NCBI GenBank assembly: GCA_902542445.1
Contig: CACBUT010000001.1
Location: forward strand, 18,296-82,295
Reading direction: 5' to 3'
DNA: 64,000 nucleotides
Source: an uncultured Fidelibacterota bacterium
Lineage (GTDB): Bacteria > Fidelibacterota > Marinisomatia > Marinisomatales > TCS55
In this document: in pieces, positions 10,082 through 19,662 of the stretch
How positions within the stretch are numbered: position 1 is the first letter of the stretch
Layout of the letters: every line of letters starts with the position of its first letter
Notes under the pieces: model-generated
What the model saw: only the letters and a program-made list of their open reading frames with translations
What the model was told of the DNA's origin: nothing
The model's database searches: none
Made by a program: the position numbers and the translations under genes

Positions 10082-11465
10082 ATTTTTTTAGGTTAGAATT
10101 ATTTGATAAGATTGTATTTGCAATTTCCCAATCTAGATGATCTTCTATTTTAAACGATGAATATCTATCAAATTGAATATGGCCAATTTTTCCAGCAATC
10201 ATTTTTTTATTCTTTTCAAAGAAATTTGTTTTCATTAAATGGATACCACCAACTCTCCTGTACAATTCATCTCTTTCCATATGGAACCCTCCATCTTCAA
10301 CTAATGGAGAAAGTCCTTTTCCATCATGATTATAAAATACTCTATTGTCAGGTATAACTCCATCAACAATGTCTACGTCAAACAATTTCATTGTGTCTAT
10401 TGCTTCATCAATTTGCCAGAACTGTTTAAATGGATAAGCTAAATATAAAATTAAAATGGCATCTGGCTTTTTTCCTTTTTCTGTTAAATTTTTTAAAAAA
10501 TCTAAGATCGTCTTCTCTAGAGATAAATTTAACCTTGTTTGGTTTTTTCCCCTTTCATAAATCTTGATTGAATCTCCGTATGTTTTTTCAATAAAACTCA
10601 TAATATCAGTATCACCAGTTGCTACAGTCATATTATGCCCTATTAGTGAGTTCTTTGCAGCATCTATTGTCCATTCAATCAAAGTTTTTTTACCAATTTT
10701 TTTCATAGGATTTAGTAAGGGCTCATACGACGTTCCTCTTATAGGTATTAATGCTTCAACGCTAATTTTTTTTAATCCCAGTTTTTTTACTCTTTTTCTT
10801 TTGATTTTAGCTCTAGTAAAAAGCAATGAGTATTTATCCTTTGTTAAATTTGAATTATGAAACCTGTAATAAAATAGTGGTTCATTGATATTTCTAATTT
10901 TGAAGTTATTAATTACTTTTAACCATAAATCATATCCATCTTGCCTATCAAAGTCTTCGTCATACCCTCCAATCTCTTGTAAGGATTTTTTTCTAATTAA
11001 TGTACAAGCCCCATGCGCAGGTTGATCGAATAACTTTACGTCGTTTTCAAAATTATGTCTTTTTACTGTTCTTATGATTGAATTTTCTTCATCCACAACG
11101 AAATAGTCAGGGAATACCATAACGATATCATCATCTTTATCAATTATATTAACCATTTTTTCAAGGGCATTAATTTCAAAAAAATCATCAGCATCTAATC
11201 TAATAAAATATTTACCCTTTGCCATTGAGAGTGCTACATTATTTGTTGCATTCAAGCCTTTTCTTTTTTGAAAAATTAATTTAACATTTTTTAATTTTTC
11301 ATATGAATTGATAATATCAATAGAATCATCATTAGAGCCATCATCAATGATAATAAGTTCAAAATTTTTATAAGTTTGATTTAAGACCGATTTGATGGAT
11401 TGGTTTAAGTATTTAGCATAATTATAATTAGTTATATATACTGTAATAAGTGGATTATTTTTCAT
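10053..11465 (-). CDS. Fusion protein: GT2 glycosyltransferase (N-terminal) + NeuA-like cytidylyltransferase (C-terminal)
   Basis: The track ORF extends to 11522. ATG at 11465 (MKNNPLITVYITNYNY) forms an ATGA overlap with the upstream stop, so I prefer it. GT2 motifs: ITNYNYAKYL..IIIDDGSNDDS, RLDADD. C-terminal half: ALIPIRGTS...TGDTD...YRRVGG resembles the CMP-NeuAc synthetase fold. Confidence 0.68.
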   Translation of the reverse strand: MKNNPLITVYITNYNYAKYLNQSIKSVLNQTYKNFELIIIDDGSNDDSIDIINSYEKLKNVKLIFQKRKGLNATNNVALSMAKGKYFIRLDADDFFEINALEKMVNIIDKDDDIVMVFPDYFVVDEENSIIRTVKRHNFENDVKLFDQPAHGACTLIRKKSLQEIGGYDEDFDRQDGYDLWLKVINNFKIRNINEPLFYYRFHNSNLTKDKYSLLFTRAKIKRKRVKKLGLKKISVEALIPIRGTSYEPLLNPMKKIGKKTLIEWTIDAAKNSLIGHNMTVATGDTDIMSFIEKTYGDSIKIYERGKNQTRLNLSLEKTILDFLKNLTEKGKKPDAILILYLAYPFKQFWQIDEAIDTMKLFDVDIVDGVIPDNRVFYNHDGKGLSPLVEDGGFHMERDELYRRVGGIHLMKTNFFEKNKKMIAGKIGHIQFDRYSSFKIEDHLDWEIANTILSNNSNLKKFEKYENSIT

Positions 11466-12376
11466 ATATAGAAATTTATCATTTTTGCAAGACCGTGCTC
11501 GAGAGAAACTTTTGGATTCCAATTAATATCTTTTAAGACTTGGTTGATATTTGGGTAAATACCGTGCTGATCTCCAGATGTATTTCCTTTTACCTCATAA
11601 TCAATATCAAATGGCAAAAGTTTTTCAAATAAACCAATTAATTCATTTATTTCAGTTCTTTTGCCCGAACCAATATTATAAACCTTGTTATAGGAATTAG
11701 GATTATTTTCTATATTGATAAATGCATTAACAACATCATCAATGAAGATAAAATCTCTGAACCTAGACAAGCTCCCTTTAATTAAAACAAATTTATTTTT
11801 TAAAGCCATTTGCAAAAAAATACTGACCATTCCTTGTCTTAAATTGCTCATATTTTGACCTGGCCCGTAGACATTAAAAAGCCTTAAGGCGGTGGAATTG
11901 ATATTAAATTCTTTAAATATTCTCAAATAATGCTCACTGGCCATTTTACCAACGCCATAAAATGACTTTGGACTGCAAGATTCGTTTTCTGAAATTGGTC
12001 GATCGGGTTTATCGCCATATACCGACATAGAGCTAGCATATAAAAATCTTTTACAATTATTTTTTATGGCAAAATCTAAAAGCATTAATGTGGATTGAGT
12101 ATTGGTTTGTAAATCATTAACTGGGTCGTCAAAACTTATCTCACCAGAACTCTGTCCAGCAATATGGTAAATTGCATCAAATTTTTTATTGCTTAATTCA
12201 TCATAAATAGATTGGTTTTGAATATTTGATTTAATAAAAGTTGCTTGATTTGGAATATTATCAATGAATCCAGTAGATAGGTTATCAATAATTGTCACTT
12301 CGTTACCTAAATCAATAAGTTTTTTAACTAAAGCAGATCCAATAAAACCCGCGCCGCCTGTTACTAAATAGTTCAC
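11462..12376 (-). CDS. NAD-dependent sugar epimerase/dehydratase (extended SDR)
   Basis: YLVTGGAGFIGSAL, YGVGKMASE (YxxxK). Confidence 0.85.
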   Translation of the reverse strand: MNYLVTGGAGFIGSALVKKLIDLGNEVTIIDNLSTGFIDNIPNQATFIKSNIQNQSIYDELSNKKFDAIYHIAGQSSGEISFDDPVNDLQTNTQSTLMLLDFAIKNNCKRFLYASSMSVYGDKPDRPISENESCSPKSFYGVGKMASEHYLRIFKEFNINSTALRLFNVYGPGQNMSNLRQGMVSIFLQMALKNKFVLIKGSLSRFRDFIFIDDVVNAFINIENNPNSYNKVYNIGSGKRTEINELIGLFEKLLPFDIDYEVKGNTSGDQHGIYPNINQVLKDINWNPKVSLEHGLAKMINFYI

Positions 12377-12380
12377 AATT

Positions 12381-13643
12381 TTAATACCCTAAATATTGAT
12401 TAGTGATTTTGTTGTAATAATTTTCTAAAACATCATGTTTTTCTTTGCCGCCGTATATGAATTCTGAAAATAATTTTTTCTTGTTTGAATCTTTAACTTT
12501 TATTACTTCATTATTGATCATTTTTTTTAAATAATTCATTACTTCATTTTCAGAATTCGCATTTAATGCGGCATTAAATTTTTCAAAATGAGTTTTATTT
12601 GAAATTAGATAATGTGGATTTATTAAATTTTTATTTTGACATAAAACTTCAATACCTATACTTGAACCAAAAGCTATAGTGCAATCAGACCATTCGATGA
12701 GTTTTGGAGAATTAGCTTCATTGCCAACAAATTCTATATTGTCATTATTGGCAAAATTCTTAATGAATTGCCTTGAACTATAGTTTGTGCCATGTCTGGT
12801 GCTATCTTTGATGACAAGTTGAAAATTGGAATTTTTAGCTATCCTTGATAACAACGACCAAATTTTATTCTTGTCAATATTGTAATTACTTTGATATTGC
12901 ATGAACACAAGTTTCATTCTATCGTGGCTATTTTTTTTTGGAATAAAATCTGGACATATAGAAAGATTTATCTTTTGCCACTCAGGGCACCACCTCGCAC
13001 TCCCCCATGCAAAAGTTTTATAGGGGCTCAATCCCCATTTTGTAAAACCATCTCTTCTATATGGATTTTGAAAAATATAATAATCATATTCATCTCTAGC
13101 GGCTTGATTAGGAATAATACCATTTTGTATTGATTTTCTATAACCTTCATTTACATCAGAGTGTGTAAACATATTGCAACCATGGGGTAAGCAAAAAGTT
13201 GTTACACCGATACCTTTGCTTGCAATGAAATATTTTTCAATTTTTTCTCCTCTAATGTATGGGGTTGCCCATTCAAAAACGCATTGAGAAATGTTATTAT
13301 CTTTAATAAACTTTAATTCTTTCGAACAATCAAAAGAATTTTTATAGAAAAATTTATATAAAAGGCTAGACCTGTCTCTTTTCAAAAAATAAAATTTTCT
13401 ACTAAACTTGCCGATAAAGCTATTATTTATAATTTGTGAGTTAATATAATCTTTATCTAAATCTTCAATAATCTCTACTGGGCCTTCAGATATTAAAAAT
13501 TGTATTCTGTAGTCATTTTTATAGTCGATATTAGTTGTAAAAACAATTAATGGATTTTGCTTTTTTTTGATAAATTTCCAAATAACTGGAGCTATATGAT
13601 CTATATCGTTATATGCACGTAAAAAGAATGCAGTTCTGCTCAT
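12381..13643 (-). CDS. Hypothetical polysaccharide-biosynthesis protein (possible GT-B / TagF-like transferase)
   Basis: No firm motif. CLPHGCN and the C-terminal AFGSSIGIEVL pattern resemble GT-B C-domains. Placement between the GT4 and SDR genes. Confidence 0.35.
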   Translation of the reverse strand: MSRTAFFLRAYNDIDHIAPVIWKFIKKKQNPLIVFTTNIDYKNDYRIQFLISEGPVEIIEDLDKDYINSQIINNSFIGKFSRKFYFLKRDRSSLLYKFFYKNSFDCSKELKFIKDNNISQCVFEWATPYIRGEKIEKYFIASKGIGVTTFCLPHGCNMFTHSDVNEGYRKSIQNGIIPNQAARDEYDYYIFQNPYRRDGFTKWGLSPYKTFAWGSARWCPEWQKINLSICPDFIPKKNSHDRMKLVFMQYQSNYNIDKNKIWSLLSRIAKNSNFQLVIKDSTRHGTNYSSRQFIKNFANNDNIEFVGNEANSPKLIEWSDCTIAFGSSIGIEVLCQNKNLINPHYLISNKTHFEKFNAALNANSENEVMNYLKKMINNEVIKVKDSNKKKLFSEFIYGGKEKHDVLENYYNKITNQYLGY

Positions 13644-14909
13644 TTAAACACCAAATGTTTCTAGATTGGTTTTAAATCTAAGGATTTTGTCAATATTTTT
13701 ATACCATGTTAACTCGCTAGTAGCTTTTTTACGACCCTCTTCTCCCATTGAATGTCTTAACTCTATATCCTTGGCTAAACTTAAAATAGCATTTGAAAAC
13801 GATTTTATATCTGATTGTTGAACAAGAATACCATTCTTGCCATTTTCAATAGCAAAATTAACCTGCCCTACATCTGTAGCAACAACTGGTTTACCTACAG
13901 CCAGATATTCCATATGCTTTATAGAACAAATATGTGGCCAAACATTGTGAAAATTAAAATGCGATATTAGAATATCGCACAAATTTAAGACTTTTGGCAT
14001 CTCAATAAATGGTATTTGAGTTAAAATTTTAACTCTTTTTAACAAACTTAATTTTTTAAATAATTTAATCATCTCTGCAGATTTAAATCTATCACCAATT
14101 ACTAGTAAAAAGAGTATTTGTTTATTGTCCGATAAACAATTTTTAATAATTTCAATTAGCTCCTTCTCATCATTATACCATCTAAAGCTTGATGACATTC
14201 CCACTACAATACTATCTGTGTTTATACTATATTTTTGTTTCATTTCATCAATTTTTTTGATAGGTTTGAAAATTTTCGTATTTACGGCATTAGGGTTAAT
14301 TAGAATTTTTTTTTCGTATTTAGAAGATACAAATTTTGTTATCCATTTTGCCCTTAATTCACTATCAACTGTTATTATTGATGATTTATCATATTGAGTT
14401 CGTTCAGAATAATTATAGGCTACCTCTTCTTTATTCGAGGGCCATTTTAAACCAAATTTTTTGTTGTAGGGTGTCATACTTAACGGTTTATTCACTTCAA
14501 GAATGAGAGGTATTTTTCCGCCTATAATTTTTGCAGCAATGTGACCAGTAGTGGAAGCTCTTAAATATGCATATTCATACTTATTCTTTAATATTATTTT
14601 TGTGAGTGACAGCTTTAATGAAAATTTAAAAAAATAGTCATCTAAGCGTGAGATTAAATTTTTATAATTCAAAAAAGACTTAATAGGAAATAATTTTCTC
14701 AGAAATCGAAATTTGTAGTATAGATAATTTATGTTTTTATTATTTTCTAATCCTGGAAGAGGGGTATCAGAAACTATATCTACATCATATCCATGATCTA
14801 AAAATCCTCCTATAACTCCTTGTGCACTACTTACAAAACCGCCCGTTTTTTTTCTTGAAAAAATATATGAATTCCCTACAATATATAAAATTTTCTTCCT
14901 GTTAATCAT
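13644..14909 (-). CDS. GT4-family (GT-B) glycosyltransferase
   Basis: C-terminal EYLAVGKPVVATDVGQVNFAIENGKNGILV (E-x7-E-type region). Confidence 0.75.
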   Translation of the reverse strand: MINRKKILYIVGNSYIFSRKKTGGFVSSAQGVIGGFLDHGYDVDIVSDTPLPGLENNKNINYLYYKFRFLRKLFPIKSFLNYKNLISRLDDYFFKFSLKLSLTKIILKNKYEYAYLRASTTGHIAAKIIGGKIPLILEVNKPLSMTPYNKKFGLKWPSNKEEVAYNYSERTQYDKSSIITVDSELRAKWITKFVSSKYEKKILINPNAVNTKIFKPIKKIDEMKQKYSINTDSIVVGMSSSFRWYNDEKELIEIIKNCLSDNKQILFLLVIGDRFKSAEMIKLFKKLSLLKRVKILTQIPFIEMPKVLNLCDILISHFNFHNVWPHICSIKHMEYLAVGKPVVATDVGQVNFAIENGKNGILVQQSDIKSFSNAILSLAKDIELRHSMGEEGRKKATSELTWYKNIDKILRFKTNLETFGV

Positions 14910-15744
14910 CTATTGCCTCATAATCCAAGGACAAAAAGAGTTTATTATATTCTTTAAACACACTCTTTTCTTGATCATTTAATTCAGATTTCCATCGATT
15001 TATCATACCTTTGCGGAAAGTGGAAGAATTTCCAAAAACACTGTCTGCAACTTTAGATACATCTATATTTTCTATATCTAGATGATTAAGTATTGATAAA
15101 ATAGATTTTTTCTGCTTTTGCAAGCTACCACCTCCAGAAGGTCCAACAAGATCTTCAAATCTAAGCAAAATAAAATTTTTTGAATCTTTCCATGGAAGAA
15201 TAAAATTCAACATTCTTTCAAGATCCCCAAATGGTCTTTTTAATCCATTATGTCTTATTTCGAAGCCTTTAGTGATGGATTTAATCCTTTCTAGTCTATT
15301 ACTTTTTTTAACAAACAAAGAATTATAAGCAAAATGATTTGGCCTAAATTCAATATGATTCAACATCGATAAACACATATCACGTGGATCACGTATCATA
15401 GAAATACCCTTAAAATTTTTCTCCATAAGGATACTTTCAAATTGTACTGAAAAAGGAACGTGAGATAGAATGTATCTTTTTTCTCTAACATTGTCTAATG
15501 TTGGCTCGACTGATGAAGATGAAACTTTCTGAGGAGAAGCAACGCTCACATAAAAAGCATTTTTATCTAATTTGGTATTTAATAGAGTGTCTTTTTCAGA
15601 TGTTCTCCAATTTATACTTATTTTTTTGTTTTTAAATGAGCGCCAATCAAACCTTGAGGCATGTTTAAAACCTACTAAGTTCAGTACTGAGCCCACGAGA
15701 TGAGTACCGCAATGAGGAACAGTATTTATTATTACTTTTTTCAA
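14902..15744 (-). CDS. PAPS-dependent sulfotransferase
   Basis: 5'-PSB-like loop TVPHCGTHL near the N-terminus and the 3'-PB motif MIRDPRDMCLS. Confidence 0.72.
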   Translation of the reverse strand: MKKVIINTVPHCGTHLVGSVLNLVGFKHASRFDWRSFKNKKISINWRTSEKDTLLNTKLDKNAFYVSVASPQKVSSSSVEPTLDNVREKRYILSHVPFSVQFESILMEKNFKGISMIRDPRDMCLSMLNHIEFRPNHFAYNSLFVKKSNRLERIKSITKGFEIRHNGLKRPFGDLERMLNFILPWKDSKNFILLRFEDLVGPSGGGSLQKQKKSILSILNHLDIENIDVSKVADSVFGNSSTFRKGMINRWKSELNDQEKSVFKEYNKLFLSLDYEAIDD

Positions 15745-16745
15745 TTTAAATTGTCAAGACTAGATAGGAATAAAGAATATCTAGGATCAAAATTTGGGAT
15801 ACCTTCAATAATAGAAAAAGCTTTTTTTGATGCCTGGGAATAATAATACTCATTTCTTTTTTCTAATGATGTTTTTGTGTAAGGACAAACGAATTTAATT
15901 GGCTTGCTTGAGATTTTAGAATTTTCTTTATCCAGTGAAATTTTGTAGCATGCAGTATGATTTAAAGGGTTCGCGCTATTTTTCATTAAAAAAGAATCAA
16001 CTATATGGGCATTGTCTTTTTTACTTAAATACTTTGGAATTCCTCGAACATAATCAGAATCAATCATTTTTAACTTTTGCACAAAATTAGATTTTTCATA
16101 GGAGGGTTCAAAAAGAATAATATTTCTTTTTGCAACTCTAATTATCTCATCTAAAGCCTGTTTGTAAATTAAAGGCATTTGTTCAAGTGTATGTCTCGTA
16201 AAAACTAAATCAAAAGCATTATCTTCAAAGGGAAGCATAGTTGCATCAGCCTTTGCAATAGTTGGAATTTTCTGATGTCTTTTTTGATACTCTCTTTTAC
16301 CATGATAAACCCTATTTAAGGATAAATCTATTCCATAACAATCTAATTCTGGACCAAATTGTGAGTAAATTGCATCCAAAGATGTTAATTCCCCTGCGCC
16401 TACTTCTAAAATTGTTTTAAACTTATAATCATTTAGAAGACTGTTAATTTCCTTTCGAATTTTTTTCATATTTTGAATACTATCTGTTTTTTTTATTTGC
16501 CCATCAACAACAGAAAATCGCTCTCTGCCTACATAATAATTATCTTTAATATATGTGCCTGAAATCTCATCATATTGTTCTTCTACCAATTCTCTATCTC
16601 GTTTAATATTTTTAAATCTTTTGATAGGTATAGATATTAAACTTGTTATCAGAACTTTTAATTTTCTTGATTCCCAACTTCCTTTTTGAACAAATAGAAT
16701 AATTGAAAAAAACCCAAAAATAAAATTAATAATTTTTGAGGTCAT
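15741..16745 (-). CDS. Class I SAM-dependent methyltransferase with Trm112-like C-terminal tail
   Basis: ILEVGAGELTS motif I, FDLVFTRHTLEQM, N-terminal TM helix, C-terminal FVCPYTKTSLE. Confidence 0.78.
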   Translation of the reverse strand: MTSKIINFIFGFFSIILFVQKGSWESRKLKVLITSLISIPIKRFKNIKRDRELVEEQYDEISGTYIKDNYYVGRERFSVVDGQIKKTDSIQNMKKIRKEINSLLNDYKFKTILEVGAGELTSLDAIYSQFGPELDCYGIDLSLNRVYHGKREYQKRHQKIPTIAKADATMLPFEDNAFDLVFTRHTLEQMPLIYKQALDEIIRVAKRNIILFEPSYEKSNFVQKLKMIDSDYVRGIPKYLSKKDNAHIVDSFLMKNSANPLNHTACYKISLDKENSKISSKPIKFVCPYTKTSLEKRNEYYYSQASKKAFSIIEGIPNFDPRYSLFLSSLDNLN

Positions 16746-16746
16746 T

Positions 16747-17643
16747 TTATTTTTTCCAATCGTATAGATTTAAAGTTGGGTAAAAAAAAGACGAATCAGA
16801 AGCAACTTCCAGTTTTATATTCTTTGGCTTGAGAAGTAAGTTATGTGTTGTATAAATAATATCACTTATAATCATACCGCCTGTTGATTCTTTAGGATTG
16901 TTTGTTTTATGAATTTTAGTTCTATGAGATTCTATTCTAGGAAACATTAAAGGTTTTTTTGAGTATTTACTCCGTTCTTTTTCAAAAAAATATTGTGTAC
17001 CAGTTAAATCTATTCCACACAATACTATTTTTTCATAACCTAACTTATAACCGAATATAATAACTCTAAATAAGCTAGCTGTTTTTTGTAAGAGGAAGTA
17101 ATTACTATTTAGAATACCAATTTTGTTTAAAAAAGATAAGGAATTATTGAATTTTTTTATATTATTTCCATACACTCCAATATCCATTGCTAGATATATA
17201 TTTTCGAATGGCATGCCTAGTTTATTTATACGATTTATTTTGTTGAATTCAGTAGAACCAGCGCGAAATATAAGTGCAGTATTTTTATAAAGATCTTTTT
17301 TTGAGACAAGATTAAACAGTTCTTGCTCTGCACAACGTATCATCTCATCATTTTTAAATTTAAACTCATTCATATAATAAGTAGGGACATGATCATGCAT
17401 GGTCCAATTTGTGAAACCAAAGGAATCGTGTCTTGCAATATGATCAAAATATTTATCAGGCATATCGCATATTGAAGGGCCACTCCCCATTACAAAAAGA
17501 GTGTCAGATTTTTTGAATTTCTTTATTTTGTTGATTGAGAAAATTTTACCGTAGCCTAATCTTTGATTTTTTCTTATCATTTTTAACTGATTAAAAATCG
17601 AATAAAAATATGAACGATGATATAAAAAGTTTTTTATAAACAT
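16747..17643 (-). CDS. Putative nonulosonic-acid (sialyl-type) transferase, GT42/Cst-II-like or DUF115-like
   Basis: FVMGSGPSI corresponds to AGNGPSL of Cst-II. KLGYEKIVLCGIDLTG corresponds to ALGYKEIYLSGIDFY. ESHRTKIHKTN corresponds to NSHYIGHSKNT, the catalytic His region. Pattern match by eye only. Confidence 0.45.
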   Translation of the reverse strand: MFIKNFLYHRSYFYSIFNQLKMIRKNQRLGYGKIFSINKIKKFKKSDTLFVMGSGPSICDMPDKYFDHIARHDSFGFTNWTMHDHVPTYYMNEFKFKNDEMIRCAEQELFNLVSKKDLYKNTALIFRAGSTEFNKINRINKLGMPFENIYLAMDIGVYGNNIKKFNNSLSFLNKIGILNSNYFLLQKTASLFRVIIFGYKLGYEKIVLCGIDLTGTQYFFEKERSKYSKKPLMFPRIESHRTKIHKTNNPKESTGGMIISDIIYTTHNLLLKPKNIKLEVASDSSFFYPTLNLYDWKK

Positions 17644-17651
17644 ATAAAAAG

Positions 17652-18713
17652 CTATTTTTTTCTTGCTACGCAGATAACCCCATTTGACACTAAATCAATA
17701 AATTCAACTTTAGGATAATTTATTTTAGATTGTTCTAATATTTCTTCAGTTACATCATAAATATTAGATTGTTTTGGAATTGGAACCAAAGCTAACAATT
17801 CAAAACCTGCGTTTATGTGATATGTTTTTAATTCATTTATTGTCATTCTATTAAGACTATTTTTATAAAATGGATAGGCAATGTCATATTCCTGAGGTCG
17901 TACTTCCCTTAGGTATTTTTTAATATTTGATTCATCTAGCCTTACATGTCCCCATGGAAAATCTAGTGTAGCTAGGCTATGACCTCCACCTTGGCAAAAA
18001 AAAGGGTTGTACTTATTATAAACAATTCCATTTGGCTTTAAAATCCTATGTATTTCACTTATTGCTAACTCAGGCTGCTGAATGTGCTCCAACACATTCC
18101 AACTAAACACTAGATCAAAAGAATTTGATTTAAAGGAAGAATTGCAAATATTATCATCAACATAATTTGGTATTTTATGATTTTTATTTTGAATACTAAT
18201 ATTTGCAACCATTTTTCTTAAATTTGACAAATAATCAAGTTCATCTTTAGCTATTTTAGATTTCTTATCATCTTTTCTATCATGTTCATAATAATAAGAT
18301 ATATCTGAGCCAATAATTTCACGGGGATTCATTTTAGAAAATTCACATGTTTTTGAGCCGTCGTTACATCCAAATTCAAGTACTCTTTTATTTTCAAGGT
18401 TAAAATTAAAATTGCTAAGCAATTTCATTGTTTGTTCAACTAGAGCTTTCGCTTTCGTAATTGATTTATTAATTTGAAATTCGTTCGGCAGACCAATTGA
18501 TCTTGATGGGTTGAGAGCATTTCTCCATCCTGGCTGCGTTAAATCTCTGTACTCTTTAAATAGAGAATATGTACTGTTTTTTGTATCATTAAATTCTCTA
18601 AAAAAAGTCAGTTTAGGTCTTGTTTTTTTTGGTCCAAATAATAAATATTTTAAAAATTTACTTTTTTTAACTCTAGCGAAAAAAAATTGGAGTATTTTTC
18701 TGATAAATAACAT
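17652..18713 (-). CDS. Class I SAM-dependent methyltransferase
   Basis: VLEFGCNDGS motif I, FDLVFSWNVLEHI, LKPNGIV. Confidence 0.8.
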   Translation of the reverse strand: MLFIRKILQFFFARVKKSKFLKYLLFGPKKTRPKLTFFREFNDTKNSTYSLFKEYRDLTQPGWRNALNPSRSIGLPNEFQINKSITKAKALVEQTMKLLSNFNFNLENKRVLEFGCNDGSKTCEFSKMNPREIIGSDISYYYEHDRKDDKKSKIAKDELDYLSNLRKMVANISIQNKNHKIPNYVDDNICNSSFKSNSFDLVFSWNVLEHIQQPELAISEIHRILKPNGIVYNKYNPFFCQGGGHSLATLDFPWGHVRLDESNIKKYLREVRPQEYDIAYPFYKNSLNRMTINELKTYHINAGFELLALVPIPKQSNIYDVTEEILEQSKINYPKVEFIDLVSNGVICVARKK

Positions 18714-18727
18714 TAAAGAATAATATT

Positions 18728-19636
18728 TTATTTCTCTAAAACTACAAAATTGTACCCACCTTCTTTAGGTCCATTCTGAATCTCATTATCAAGTAATTCT
18801 GTTAAAATAATCATCATTGTTTCGACCCACTCTTGCTTTATTTCAAAACGAAGATCAGGCTTCAAAGAATTTGCCATTTTTATTAATTGGGGACTTATTG
18901 GTCTCAGTCCAATATCATCTATTTGAAGAGTTAATTTAGAGAGATATCTTTTATAATCAACAACATGATAACCCATGGTATTAATTTTTTTTTCAAAATC
19001 TATAAAATCCATAGACCACATTAAAGTATCTGCCCTCCCACGATTTAACAATTTCCACATTTTTGACTCTTTTTTATAACTTCTACAGTAATTAAAGAAG
19101 TCAGAATTAGGGAAAACGAGTATAATTTTTGCTCCATTATTTAGTCTGCCATACCATCTTTCAAGCTGAATCAATGGATTTTTTAGCCAATAAATAGAAT
19201 TAGTATAAATTGTGTCTATATTTTCTAAGCTGAAATTTGTGTTAGCGTCCTGACATATATAATTATTCGATAAATTTAATAACTTTACTTGATCAAGTGT
19301 AGACTGCTTATGATCTAAAGCAACCTCTAATTTTTTTAAAGGATATTGTTTAATGAATTTGTTTATTTGAATCTTGGGAAACGAATCATAAATATCGCCA
19401 TCATTTTTTCTTTTATCTAAATCGACTGAATAGTAATGATCAAATTTTTCATTAAATTTTCCACCCAAACTCATAAATGTAAAAAACCCATTACCTGTAG
19501 CAATTTCTAAAATATTGTCTGAATTAATTAAATAGTTGCCAATTAGTTGGTCAGCTACAGCATGCCATACAACAACTTCGGATCTGAGCCACTCCATGTT
19601 AGCATATTCTTTAAGCTTTATTGATTTAAGATCCAT
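18728..19636 (-). CDS. Probable SAM-dependent methyltransferase-like protein
   Basis: ILEIATGNGFFT resembles motif I. The remainder is unassigned. Confidence 0.45.
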   Translation of the reverse strand: MDLKSIKLKEYANMEWLRSEVVVWHAVADQLIGNYLINSDNILEIATGNGFFTFMSLGGKFNEKFDHYYSVDLDKRKNDGDIYDSFPKIQINKFIKQYPLKKLEVALDHKQSTLDQVKLLNLSNNYICQDANTNFSLENIDTIYTNSIYWLKNPLIQLERWYGRLNNGAKIILVFPNSDFFNYCRSYKKESKMWKLLNRGRADTLMWSMDFIDFEKKINTMGYHVVDYKRYLSKLTLQIDDIGLRPISPQLIKMANSLKPDLRFEIKQEWVETMMIILTELLDNEIQNGPKEGGYNFVVLEK

Positions 19637-19662
19637 AAAAACCTAAAATTTTGTGTTAGAAC

